This document shows, one piece after another, positions 10,797-20,006 of a stretch of 64,000 bases of DNA. The stretch is from a virus, in IMG/VR virus record IMGVR_UViG_3300025141_000030; one strand, 5' to 3'. The notes under the pieces are model-generated. The model saw only the letters and a list, made by a program, of their open reading frames with translations. It was not told the DNA's origin and ran no database searches. How positions within the stretch are numbered: the first letter of the stretch is position 1; the number at the start of each line of letters is the position of its first letter. A program made the translations under genes and the position numbers.

Positions 10797-12104
10797 ATGG
10801 CCACATTTAAAGAAATTAGCGCGAATGACATTAAGACTGCCAGGTCATTCCTAAACCAGCTCGTCGATGTTATTCAGGAGGATATCTCCGGTTCTAACAC
10901 TCGTAGAAAGTATCAGGTCTTTGTCACCGGCGGTGTTGGTCCCGGAGTGACCTCATCACTCTACCAGACGGTCTACGACCAGAACTTCTCCCTCCAGACG
11001 GCCAATCCAATTATGGATATCAGTGTCGGCCTGTATGTCTCAGGTAATACAGTCCAGGTTATTAAGACAGGTGAGGACACGTCCGGCAAATTACTGTTTC
11101 CTTCCACATCGCTGATGATGCGCGAGAAGATTGACATCTATCGACAGTTCGCGCAGGTGCTGCTTGGCGATGCCGGAGCTCAGTTCGTGGCGCCGTTTAA
11201 CTCTACAGACACCGGCACCGCCTCCTCAGACCTCAATGATTCAATTAATGAGGCAATGTTCCTGAATGTCAAGCGCCTCTTCTCCCGTGACCAGATCAAG
11301 CGTGAGACTTTCGCCATGAAGTTCTACCAGTCAGCATCCAAGGGTGATTCGTTCAACTGCGGATATCGTCTTGATAAGTCGGAGAATGGTAAAAATCTAA
11401 CTGAGACTTCCTTATCCGGATCTGTTATTTACACTGATGTCGGCTCTGCAGCTAATAAGTTGACGACTTATGGGGGCAATGTCTCCAACATTGTCGACTC
11501 TGCCAACACGGCAAGGACAGTCGGTTTGATGTTTAATGACTACGGTGCCGTTGTTTTAGACATGGCGAAAATAATATCCGGCTCACAGCATGTTTCTGGG
11601 ATTATTAATGCGATGAACGCTAATGCACCCATCGCGGGAGTGTCTGCAGGTAAAACATTGATAGGAAATCCAGGCGGCACCCCAGCAACCGGTGAGACAG
11701 TATCCGGCTTATCAGGAAATCCAAATGCAAAATTCATTCCTGATTTTATGACATCGGGTTCCATAGATGATATCGTGGATCACATGGCATCATGTCGATT
11801 CCAGTCAGGAACACTGACGGCGATGACCTTCCAGAATATTACTAACATAAACTCTAGCCTGATATTCTGTCGGGCGACAGCTGACGAGTTTAACTACTCC
11901 AGCAATAACACATTTACCGATACGAACAATAGGATCGTGGTCATTGACGAGGGGCAAGAGGAGACGCAGCGGGCATTCTCCTTCGTGACGTCTGTCGGAC
12001 TCTACGATGCCAACGATAACCTATTGGCGGTTGCAAAGCTTTCGAGGCCTGTCGAGAAGAACGATGAGAAGGATATTACGTTCCGAATTCGACTTGATTT
12101 CTAA
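10797..12104 (+). CDS. Putative virion structural protein
   Basis: 435 aa, GGAG RBS. C-terminal VGLYDANDNLLAVAKLSRPVEK..FRIRLDF motif, shared in degenerate form with the next gene. Confidence 0.65.
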   Translation: MATFKEISANDIKTARSFLNQLVDVIQEDISGSNTRRKYQVFVTGGVGPGVTSSLYQTVYDQNFSLQTANPIMDISVGLYVSGNTVQVIKTGEDTSGKLLFPSTSLMMREKIDIYRQFAQVLLGDAGAQFVAPFNSTDTGTASSDLNDSINEAMFLNVKRLFSRDQIKRETFAMKFYQSASKGDSFNCGYRLDKSENGKNLTETSLSGSVIYTDVGSAANKLTTYGGNVSNIVDSANTARTVGLMFNDYGAVVLDMAKIISGSQHVSGIINAMNANAPIAGVSAGKTLIGNPGGTPATGETVSGLSGNPNAKFIPDFMTSGSIDDIVDHMASCRFQSGTLTAMTFQNITNINSSLIFCRATADEFNYSSNNTFTDTNNRIVVIDEGQEETQRAFSFVTSVGLYDANDNLLAVAKLSRPVEKNDEKDITFRIRLDF

Positions 12105-12110
12105 AATGTC

Positions 12111-14567
12111 ATGGCTATATTTAAGGTCTTCAAGCATGATAGCGAGCAGTTTACACTAGAGACGAATCCGACACGGACATTCTCCTCTAGCTCTGCTGGG
12201 GCTACAGGCTCAGTCTACGTCTTCCCTCGCCGGTCTCCGGCTGAGCGGGAAACGTCCCGACTTTCTCCTTTTAATGCTAACGACTTCGAGGAGAATAGCC
12301 TCGATGCCATGTTGCAGAATGCCGTTAGTGGCGCCCGAGCAGGAACTGATATTTCTGCCCAGATGAGCCAGTACCTCGACACTGCAGGCTCTCAGTCGTT
12401 GTCCTCCAGAAAGTACAAGACACAGACAATATACAGGTTTGAGCCGTCATTCACGTTTACCGCCGACACCCTGAGGAAAAATGTCACCCGGCAGATTCTG
12501 TTCCCGTTTTATAGGGCACAGTACGACGACCTGCAGTACGCCTACACCAATTATCACTGCCTCAACTTCTTTACGGCATCCACAGTCCCTAGCGACTCTG
12601 CTCTCTTGTACCCCAATACAGCATCCTACAGCTCCGAGGCCACCTACGCAAGTGGAAACTACTCCCTGACCGGTGCTTTTACTTTCGACTTCTACATTAA
12701 CCCAAAGTACACATGTGACAAGAACGAGACGGAGTTCAAGGCTGGAACTATTTTTCACCTTTCCTCGACATATGCAGTATCACTAGTCACAGGCTCCATG
12801 AAGCATCCCGACGGCCGGCCGAGCAGTTTCAGGATAATGCTACAGCTAAGTCACTCAGCGGACCAGCCACCGTCGACAGTGGACACCAGCGTCTTAAATA
12901 ATGACAGGACCTATCCAGACGACCTTATTTTCCTGTCTGACAATAACACTCTCCTGCAGAATAACTGGCATCACATTGGTATTAGGTGGGGAACCAATAG
13001 TATCAGTGAAGGATCTGGGTCATTTTTTATTGATGGCGTTCGCCGCGGTAAGTTTAATGTGCCTTCTGCTAGTATTGCTCCTGCATCATTTGGGGGCATC
13101 CAGGGCGATCCTGATGCACTCATCGTCGGTAACTACTATAATTCCCCTAATGTGGTCGGAAAGTTACAGGCGGGCTATTTTGCCTATCTTAATACATCGG
13201 CAGGATTTCCAGATCAGGGCCCATCATTTAGGGACGGCGTGTCTACACTGTTTACCGAGGCTGCGGCTGGATCTGCATACCAGTACGGTCCATCGGCATC
13301 GCTTGATCACCCGTTAAATGCAGAATTACACGAGCTAAAGATATATAATACGTTTAGGTCTGTGGCACAGATTAAGGCTTCGATGACAGCAGGCCCGACA
13401 AACTTAAGGGACCTTGTTTTTTATGCACCTCCATTCTTTACGCGGGAGTCGCCCACAAGGAGCGTCCAGGCAGGCTTCACGGGAAACGAGGGAGGTGTCC
13501 CGCAGACGCCTTTCTTTGGAATTGATTCATCTACAGATGATCCGTTTAATGTCGCGCTTTCATTTGGAGTTGGAGGCCATGACATTAACGTGGAGAACTT
13601 TGGTCGTGACTTTGCCAACAATGTCTATCCTAGGTGGCTGGGCCTTACAGGCTCTACTATCACAACCACCAGCGAACTGCTGACATGCAACCAGTTTCTT
13701 TTTGCCACTGGAACTGTCAGGAAGCGAAATCTAACCGTCCTACCTTGTGATAATGGACTATTCAAGCCTAACTTTGGCCTGCTGCTGACCGGCGCTTACA
13801 CGTTACATCCTAAGCCTGGTCATGTTATGGACAAATATGTTAATGACCTCGGGGTCCTAGACCTAAGTCTTATCACGCTGACCGAGCTGATCCCCACCTC
13901 GACTCTCCGGCCAGGTCTTATTCCTGAGTCTGGATCTATTTTTGACAGTATCGTTGGGGCTGCACCTGATAACTTGGGAGTGGATCCCGGTGAGGTCCTG
14001 ACAATATTCCAGCGAACGAGGGACAACTCCTCCAATGAGGTGGCATTTTTTGATATTAGTAACCTGTATTACGGAAATGCTATAAAGTCGGGCACGTTTT
14101 CGATTACAGATTCTTCCATGACAGGCTCAGGTGGAAAAATCTCAATGAGGCTTCGGGACAATGGTCGCGGTGGCCTGTACCGAGCTGATTCGTTGACGCC
14201 ACACGCACAGTGGAATAATGTCGGAAGCCTGTTGTATGATGAAGGCCTGGCTGTCATCAAGAGTCCTAATATTCCATTCTTTGGACGTGATCAGTTTTCA
14301 ATAACACTTCGAGGTACTGAGAATATTCATACTCTTAAGTTCTCTGTGCTAGCACCACCAGGGCAGCTTAACTCGTCTTCTAACCCACAGTACACGCCGC
14401 TGTCAGCATCACTGAACGCAAATGATGCAAATTCTGAATTTGTCTATATTGATGGAATTAATTTCCATGATGAAAACTTAAATGTTATTATGAAAACCAA
14501 GTTTGCCCAGCCAATACTTAAGCGGTTTGGCGATAAGATTTTATTCAAGTCGAAATTAGATTTTTAA
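12111..14567 (+). CDS. Putative virion protein with LamG/concanavalin-A-like domain
   Basis: 818 aa. FTFDFYINP...NNWHHIGIRW..FFIDG..LIVG..LHELKIYN LamG-like pattern. C-terminal INFHDENLNVIMKTKFAQP..FKSKLDF. Confidence 0.6.
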   Translation: MAIFKVFKHDSEQFTLETNPTRTFSSSSAGATGSVYVFPRRSPAERETSRLSPFNANDFEENSLDAMLQNAVSGARAGTDISAQMSQYLDTAGSQSLSSRKYKTQTIYRFEPSFTFTADTLRKNVTRQILFPFYRAQYDDLQYAYTNYHCLNFFTASTVPSDSALLYPNTASYSSEATYASGNYSLTGAFTFDFYINPKYTCDKNETEFKAGTIFHLSSTYAVSLVTGSMKHPDGRPSSFRIMLQLSHSADQPPSTVDTSVLNNDRTYPDDLIFLSDNNTLLQNNWHHIGIRWGTNSISEGSGSFFIDGVRRGKFNVPSASIAPASFGGIQGDPDALIVGNYYNSPNVVGKLQAGYFAYLNTSAGFPDQGPSFRDGVSTLFTEAAAGSAYQYGPSASLDHPLNAELHELKIYNTFRSVAQIKASMTAGPTNLRDLVFYAPPFFTRESPTRSVQAGFTGNEGGVPQTPFFGIDSSTDDPFNVALSFGVGGHDINVENFGRDFANNVYPRWLGLTGSTITTTSELLTCNQFLFATGTVRKRNLTVLPCDNGLFKPNFGLLLTGAYTLHPKPGHVMDKYVNDLGVLDLSLITLTELIPTSTLRPGLIPESGSIFDSIVGAAPDNLGVDPGEVLTIFQRTRDNSSNEVAFFDISNLYYGNAIKSGTFSITDSSMTGSGGKISMRLRDNGRGGLYRADSLTPHAQWNNVGSLLYDEGLAVIKSPNIPFFGRDQFSITLRGTENIHTLKFSVLAPPGQLNSSSNPQYTPLSASLNANDANSEFVYIDGINFHDENLNVIMKTKFAQPILKRFGDKILFKSKLDF

Positions 14568-14596
14568 TTGATCGCTGGTTAATAGTATTATAGTCT

Positions 14597-15169
14597 ATGC
14601 ACTTAGGCCTCGATATTAGCACTTCCTGCACTGGAGCGTGCCTTATGGATAATAATGGAAGCATTATTGATATAGATTACATCGACCTTAAAAAATTATC
14701 TACCCTGTGGGAAAAGGCAGATGCCGTTGCCTCAGCCGTGAATGACCTTGTGGCTGGCAACGGGGGCCACGTGGATGCTGTTTTTGTGGAGGAAAACTTA
14801 CAGGTCTTTCGTCGAGGACTCTCATCTGCTAGGACACTGATGACATTAGCTAAATTTAATGGAATTATTTGTTATGTGATGCGTCAAAATTTTAATGTTG
14901 ATCCGGTTAGTATTAACGTTAATGAGGCCAGAAAATCAGTTGGCCTTAAGATCATTTCTAAAAAGAACGGCGGTGCGCCCACTAAGGAGCAGGTGATCCA
15001 GTGGACGACTGCTGAACTCAGTGGGACAAAATTTAGCTGGCCAACAAAAACATTAAAGTCAGGTCCTAGGCAGGGCCAGACTATCCTACTACCAGAGTGT
15101 GCCGACATGGCAGATGCCTATGTAGTGTGCCGGGCAGCCTTGGTCTTGTACACAGGACATGGTGTGTAG
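14597..15169 (+). CDS. RuvC-like Holliday junction resolvase
   Basis: LGLDISTSCTG, VFVEE and DMADAYV acidic motifs of the RuvC/RNase H fold. Confidence 0.8.
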   Translation: MHLGLDISTSCTGACLMDNNGSIIDIDYIDLKKLSTLWEKADAVASAVNDLVAGNGGHVDAVFVEENLQVFRRGLSSARTLMTLAKFNGIICYVMRQNFNVDPVSINVNEARKSVGLKIISKKNGGAPTKEQVIQWTTAELSGTKFSWPTKTLKSGPRQGQTILLPECADMADAYVVCRAALVLYTGHGV

Positions 15170-15175
15170 TATTAT
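15145..15175 (+). promoter_or_regulatory. Candidate early/middle promoter CTTGTACACA...TATTAT before primase
   Basis: The same 10-mer occurs at 56564 before the SSB gene. TGTACA-N17-TATTAT. Confidence 0.4.
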
Positions 15176-15183
15176 ATGTTATA

Positions 15184-16146
15184 ATGAAGTCTATCACTGA
15201 AAAATTAAATTTTATTAGGTCGATTTTTGGTGAATATTCTCTTTCACGTGGAGGGACCGACGCAGCGGTCAGGTGTCCCAGCTGTAAAGCAGCCCCAGGA
15301 AAGAGAAAGCTGTCCATTAGGCTGGACAATGACTTTTATCACTGCTGGGTGTGCGGTATTAAAGGCAGGAATTTAGCGAGTCTTCTTAGGAAATTTGCTC
15401 GACCTGAAACTGTGACAGCTTATGAGAGGGATTTTTTAGGAGTTGAATCGACAGGCACCTCCAGTGACGAGGTGGAAAAGATTTTTCTTCCAAAAGATTT
15501 TATGCTGATAATGAATGCCGTTGAGAAAACTGACGATCCAGATTTTATTGCATGCTTAAACTATCTAAAAAGAAGAGGTCTATCGGAGAGAGACATTTGG
15601 TTTTTTAAGGTCGGGGTTTCGAATCAGATGAATTACCGTCGACGTGTTATAATTCCCTCTTTCGATGCAGATGGTAATTTAAACTTTTTAGTGTCGCGTT
15701 CTGTGGATGATCACGTTATTCCAAAATATTTAAACTGTAATGTTGATAGGAACTCTATCATCTTTAATGAACTTAATGTAGACTGGAGAAAGCCGATTAT
15801 TATTGTTGAGGGCCCATTTGATATGATAAAGGCAGGCCATAATGCCGTGCCATTATTAGGCAGTGGATTAGCTTACGAGTCACGACTGTTTAAAGCCATA
15901 GCTAAAAAACAGCCCACAGTTTATCTTGCGCTCGATAAGGATGCTTCTAGGAAGTCTCAAATTATTGCTAAGAATATTGCAGCGTTTGGATGCCCAGTAT
16001 TTAAGGTATCCATTGGTGACTATAACGATGTGGGAGAGATGACACACGCTGAATTTACCGCCCGACTCCAGGATGCTATTCCATGGAGCGGATGGTCGCA
16101 GGTGTCGGAGAAGATAAGCTCCGTCACCAGCAACAGTATATTGTAA
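15184..16146 (+). CDS. DNA primase (Zn finger + Toprim)
   Basis: CPSC..HCWVC zinc finger, YLKRRGL, RVIIPSFD, VEGPFD, LALDKDA and DVGEM. ATG 15184 preferred because the track start overlaps the RuvC-like gene. Confidence 0.85.
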   Translation: MKSITEKLNFIRSIFGEYSLSRGGTDAAVRCPSCKAAPGKRKLSIRLDNDFYHCWVCGIKGRNLASLLRKFARPETVTAYERDFLGVESTGTSSDEVEKIFLPKDFMLIMNAVEKTDDPDFIACLNYLKRRGLSERDIWFFKVGVSNQMNYRRRVIIPSFDADGNLNFLVSRSVDDHVIPKYLNCNVDRNSIIFNELNVDWRKPIIIVEGPFDMIKAGHNAVPLLGSGLAYESRLFKAIAKKQPTVYLALDKDASRKSQIIAKNIAAFGCPVFKVSIGDYNDVGEMTHAEFTARLQDAIPWSGWSQVSEKISSVTSNSIL

Positions 16147-16150
16147 TTTT

Positions 16151-19100
16151 ATGAGAAAAGAACTAAGCGTTATTCACGTCGCCGATATCCATTGGCGAGG
16201 ACTAACAAGGCATGAGGAGTATCGCCAGGCCTTCCAGGATTTATTCAAAAAGGCGTCGGCTTTAAATCCAGATATTATATATGTGGGCGGTGATATCGTG
16301 CACAATAAGACACAGGGTATTTCGCCTGAGCTTATCGATAGCTTAAATTGGTGGTTTTCATCGCTGGCCAAGATTTGTGATGTTCATGTTATCCTAGGAA
16401 ATCATGATGGTATTCTCCATAATAAGCGTCGCCAGGACGCCATTTCTCCTATCCTGTCGGCTTTAAATAACGACAGGATTCACCTCTATAAAAAGAGTGG
16501 TATCTACCCTACGGGAATACCTGGATTTAACTGGGCTGTCTTTTCTTGTTTCGACGAAGAGGGCTGGGAGGATGTTGCGCCTATTCGAGGAGATATTAAT
16601 ATTGCCCTGTATCATGGTGCAGTTCGCGGGTCTTTGACCGACATCAACTGGGAGGTAGAGGGAGAGGCAGATATTAGCTTCTTTGACGACTACGAATTCG
16701 CCCTTCTTGGTGATATTCATAAGCCACAATTTCTAAACGAAGAAAAGACAGTTGCGTACTGTGGCAGCACGGTCCAGCAGAACTACGGTGAGGACATGGA
16801 GAAGGGCTTCATGTTTTGGAAGATAAGGACAGCTAGCGATTTCGATGTAAGTTTTCATCCGCTAGAACCGGTTCATCCATTCGTTACAATAGAGTGGCAA
16901 GGAAATGTCGCAGAGACACTCAAGTTGTGCCGAGCATTTCCGGTCGGATCTAGGTTTCGAATAAAGGCATCCGATCCAATACCCCAGGTCGAAGTACTAC
17001 AGCTTCAGAATGAACTTAAGGATTCCCATAAGGCGAATGAGGTCGTCTTTAAGTACGATGATAATTTTGACACCAATGTGATCAGTACTGAGTCTGTTTC
17101 ACTTTTTAAGAAGGACCTGCGTGACCCGGCCACACACCTATCCCTATTTAAGGAGTTCCTGGGAGACGACTATCACACTGACAAGGAATGGAATAAAATA
17201 TCTGACATGTTGGTGGAGTACATTAGGGCCGCGTCCAGGGAGGACGATGTTGCAAGAAATGTCAAGTGGTCTATTAACAAGATTGAGTTTGACAATATTT
17301 TCTCTTTCGGCGCGGGCAATGTGGTTGACTTTACTAAGAATAGTGGCATTACCGGTATATTCGCCCCTAACGCCTCTGGCAAGTCATCAATAGTGGGGGC
17401 GATCATGTATAACCTGTTCAACACAACAGATCGCGGCTCTATTAAGAATCTTTATGTTATTAATGGAAGGAAAAATTTTTGTAAGGTCTGTTCCCATATA
17501 ACTGTCAATACAGAAAGATTTAGGATCGAGAGGCAGACGGTTAGGAACGAGAATCGCCGTGGACAACAGCACGGCATCACCCATCTTAACCTTTATAATA
17601 TTAAGGATGAGGACAATATTATTGATAAGACAGGTGAACAGCGGACAATGACTGAGAAGACAATTCGAAAGATGATCGGAACGGCCGATGACTTTCTGCT
17701 GACATCATTCGCCTCTCAGGGCGAGATGAATAGGTTTATCCAGGAGGGAGCTACACATCGCAAGAGAACGCTGGCTAAGTTTTTGGATCTTACTATATTT
17801 GAGAAGCTTTTTGAATATGCCAAGAATGACTCTGCGACAATTAAGCTTCAGCTAGAGTCTGCACCAGATCGTGATTGGGATAGTATTCTTACGGAGAAGC
17901 GAAACGAGAGAAAGCGAGTCAATGCTAAAATAAAGAAACTCCAGGACGAGCTGATTAAAAATCGAGCCTCATTGTTTGACCTCAAGACAAGGCTGAAGTC
18001 GATGGACAACAATGATATTATAACACAGGCTGATGTCGACCGGATGAATGTCCTTGTGGCGAATATTGACAAGTTATTACTTGAAAAGGGTAATGTGCTG
18101 CAGGACAACAAGGACACCATTGTGCAGATGCAGGTAAAATTATTAAAGATAAGGGATGTCAAGAAGCAGTTCCCTATTGACACGTTACGGGAGGAGCTTG
18201 AGGAGCAAGTCCTTTTAAGGGAGTCCATTGTCAAGGTGAAGCACTCCTATGAGAAGGAGGCTTTAACTTTTAACAGTCGCAAGAAGTCAATTAAGATACT
18301 CCAGGATGTTCCGTGTGGCGATAGTTTTCCAAGCTGCAAGTTTATAAAGAACTCCCATGAGAATAAGTCCCTGGTCGAGAAGCAGGAGCATGTCATAGGC
18401 GATATGATGGAGAAGCTGGAGACTCTTGAGGCCAATTTAGGTGACTTTATTTCCAGGGGAATCGAGGAAAAGATTTCCAAGTATGATGTTATGCTCAAAA
18501 AGGAGGGCGAATACCTCAACTTAATTTCCCTCAACGAGCTCGAGTGTAAGTCGCTGGAAATTGAAAAGGAAGGCCTCCACGTCAGGTCTAAAAAAATGCA
18601 TGACGACCTTGCAGAGATAAAGTCGAAGGTCTGCGACTCTAACGTTGATTCTGAGATTGTAAATCTCAGGTCACGTATCGACTCCCTTAATGACCAGATC
18701 AACACTATGGATGCAAACAGGATATCGCTGGCATCTCTACTGGGAGAGAACAAGGTATATGTGGAGAAGATTAAAAAGGAGAAGACACTGTATGCAGGCC
18801 TACGATCCCAGTGGAATACCTACCAGAGTTTTATGAAGGCAGTCTCTAAGAAGGGAATACCGGCGCAGATAATTCACTCTCAGCTTCCTATTATTAACAC
18901 TGAGATCTCTAAGATTTTAAACGGTGTAGTCGACTTTACGGTTGAGTTTGATGCCACCGCATCAAACAGCATGGACATCTTTATCGACTACGGGGACACT
19001 AGGCGGATTATTGAGCTTGCCAGCGGCATGGAAAAGATGATAAGCTCACTTGCTATTCGAGTTGCGCTTCTTAATGTGTCATCACTTCCCAAACCTGACA

Positions 19101-19294
19101 TGCTGATTATCGATGAGGGGTTTGGCGTTCTTGATGAAAACAAGGTGACAGCCTGCAACCAGCTACTGGTTACTCTTAAGAAGTTTTTCAGGAACATACT
19201 AGTAATCACCCACGTGGATGCCATTAAGGATGTGGCTGATAACATACTGGAGATTAATAAGAACGGAATGGACTCACATGTCACAACAGACTGA
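16151..19294 (+). CDS. Fused SbcD/Mre11 nuclease - SbcC/Rad50 ATPase (T4 gp47+gp46-like)
   Basis: Metallophosphoesterase motifs ADIH, GGD, GNHD and LGDIH, then Walker A APNASGKSS, Q-loop SQGE, coiled coil, signature ASGME, Walker B IIDEGFG and switch ITH, all in one 1047-aa ORF. Confidence 0.9.
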   Translation: MRKELSVIHVADIHWRGLTRHEEYRQAFQDLFKKASALNPDIIYVGGDIVHNKTQGISPELIDSLNWWFSSLAKICDVHVILGNHDGILHNKRRQDAISPILSALNNDRIHLYKKSGIYPTGIPGFNWAVFSCFDEEGWEDVAPIRGDINIALYHGAVRGSLTDINWEVEGEADISFFDDYEFALLGDIHKPQFLNEEKTVAYCGSTVQQNYGEDMEKGFMFWKIRTASDFDVSFHPLEPVHPFVTIEWQGNVAETLKLCRAFPVGSRFRIKASDPIPQVEVLQLQNELKDSHKANEVVFKYDDNFDTNVISTESVSLFKKDLRDPATHLSLFKEFLGDDYHTDKEWNKISDMLVEYIRAASREDDVARNVKWSINKIEFDNIFSFGAGNVVDFTKNSGITGIFAPNASGKSSIVGAIMYNLFNTTDRGSIKNLYVINGRKNFCKVCSHITVNTERFRIERQTVRNENRRGQQHGITHLNLYNIKDEDNIIDKTGEQRTMTEKTIRKMIGTADDFLLTSFASQGEMNRFIQEGATHRKRTLAKFLDLTIFEKLFEYAKNDSATIKLQLESAPDRDWDSILTEKRNERKRVNAKIKKLQDELIKNRASLFDLKTRLKSMDNNDIITQADVDRMNVLVANIDKLLLEKGNVLQDNKDTIVQMQVKLLKIRDVKKQFPIDTLREELEEQVLLRESIVKVKHSYEKEALTFNSRKKSIKILQDVPCGDSFPSCKFIKNSHENKSLVEKQEHVIGDMMEKLETLEANLGDFISRGIEEKISKYDVMLKKEGEYLNLISLNELECKSLEIEKEGLHVRSKKMHDDLAEIKSKVCDSNVDSEIVNLRSRIDSLNDQINTMDANRISLASLLGENKVYVEKIKKEKTLYAGLRSQWNTYQSFMKAVSKKGIPAQIIHSQLPIINTEISKILNGVVDFTVEFDATASNSMDIFIDYGDTRRIIELASGMEKMISSLAIRVALLNVSSLPKPDMLIIDEGFGVLDENKVTACNQLLVTLKKFFRNILVITHVDAIKDVADNILEINKNGMDSHVTTD

Positions 19295-19592
19295 GTGGAC
19301 TGAATTTGATGACGATCGCCAGTTCAAGAGGATTCGTGAGCACGTTTATGCCTTAAGGCCGAATGTCGTCGCCGATCACATTCCTATGTTTTGTCCTGCA
19401 TGCGATTTTGTAATGACTAGCAGGGGTGATATGTTCACATACAAAAAATTTACATGCTGTGAGTGGTGCGCTAATAATTGGGCATATCCCCTTGCAGCAG
19501 CCTGGGCCCAGGGCTGGCGACCTACGGCTGACGACATTAATGACGCTTTAAATAGAAGAAATAGAGCCCCTTTGGGATTCAACGATAAGTAA
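19278..19592 (+). CDS. Small Cys-rich (putative Zn-binding) hypothetical protein
   Basis: ATG 19278 overlaps the end of the SbcCD gene. CPAC and CCEWC motifs. Confidence 0.6.
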   Translation: MSQQTEWTEFDDDRQFKRIREHVYALRPNVVADHIPMFCPACDFVMTSRGDMFTYKKFTCCEWCANNWAYPLAAAWAQGWRPTADDINDALNRRNRAPLGFNDK

Positions 19593-19619
19593 AGTGATAT
19601 ATATCACAGGAGACATGCT

Positions 19620-20003
19620 ATGCTTTCTATAAGACAAACAGACGCGCTTGGACAAATTATTAACGATACGTGGGGTAAGTCGTCAACGCCGCAGACGGCC
19701 TCTACCAGCCTCGGATGTAAGATAACATCGGCTGAAACATTAACTTTAACGTATACCACTATTGTGACATTTGCCAGCGAACAGTCGCTGCATGACCAGC
19801 GCAGGAAGCTTGACGGTGAGTCTGCCGAGGTCTGCAATAAGCGCGCCGCAGATATTAAGAAGCTGTTTAAGGAGGCAACTGGCGGCGCTATCAAGCTGAC
19901 AGAGCTTACATCGGATGATTCTTTGGAGATGATATATTTCAACCAGTACACTCCTATGCGTCGCGCTTACTATCGTCGTCGAACTGTTTACGAGATAGGA
20001 TAG
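19620..20003 (+). CDS. Hypothetical protein upstream of terminase
   Basis: 127 aa, AGGAG RBS, preceded by an ATATATAT motif. Confidence 0.65.
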   Translation: MLSIRQTDALGQIINDTWGKSSTPQTASTSLGCKITSAETLTLTYTTIVTFASEQSLHDQRRKLDGESAEVCNKRAADIKKLFKEATGGAIKLTELTSDDSLEMIYFNQYTPMRRAYYRRRTVYEIG

Positions 20004-20006
20004 GCT

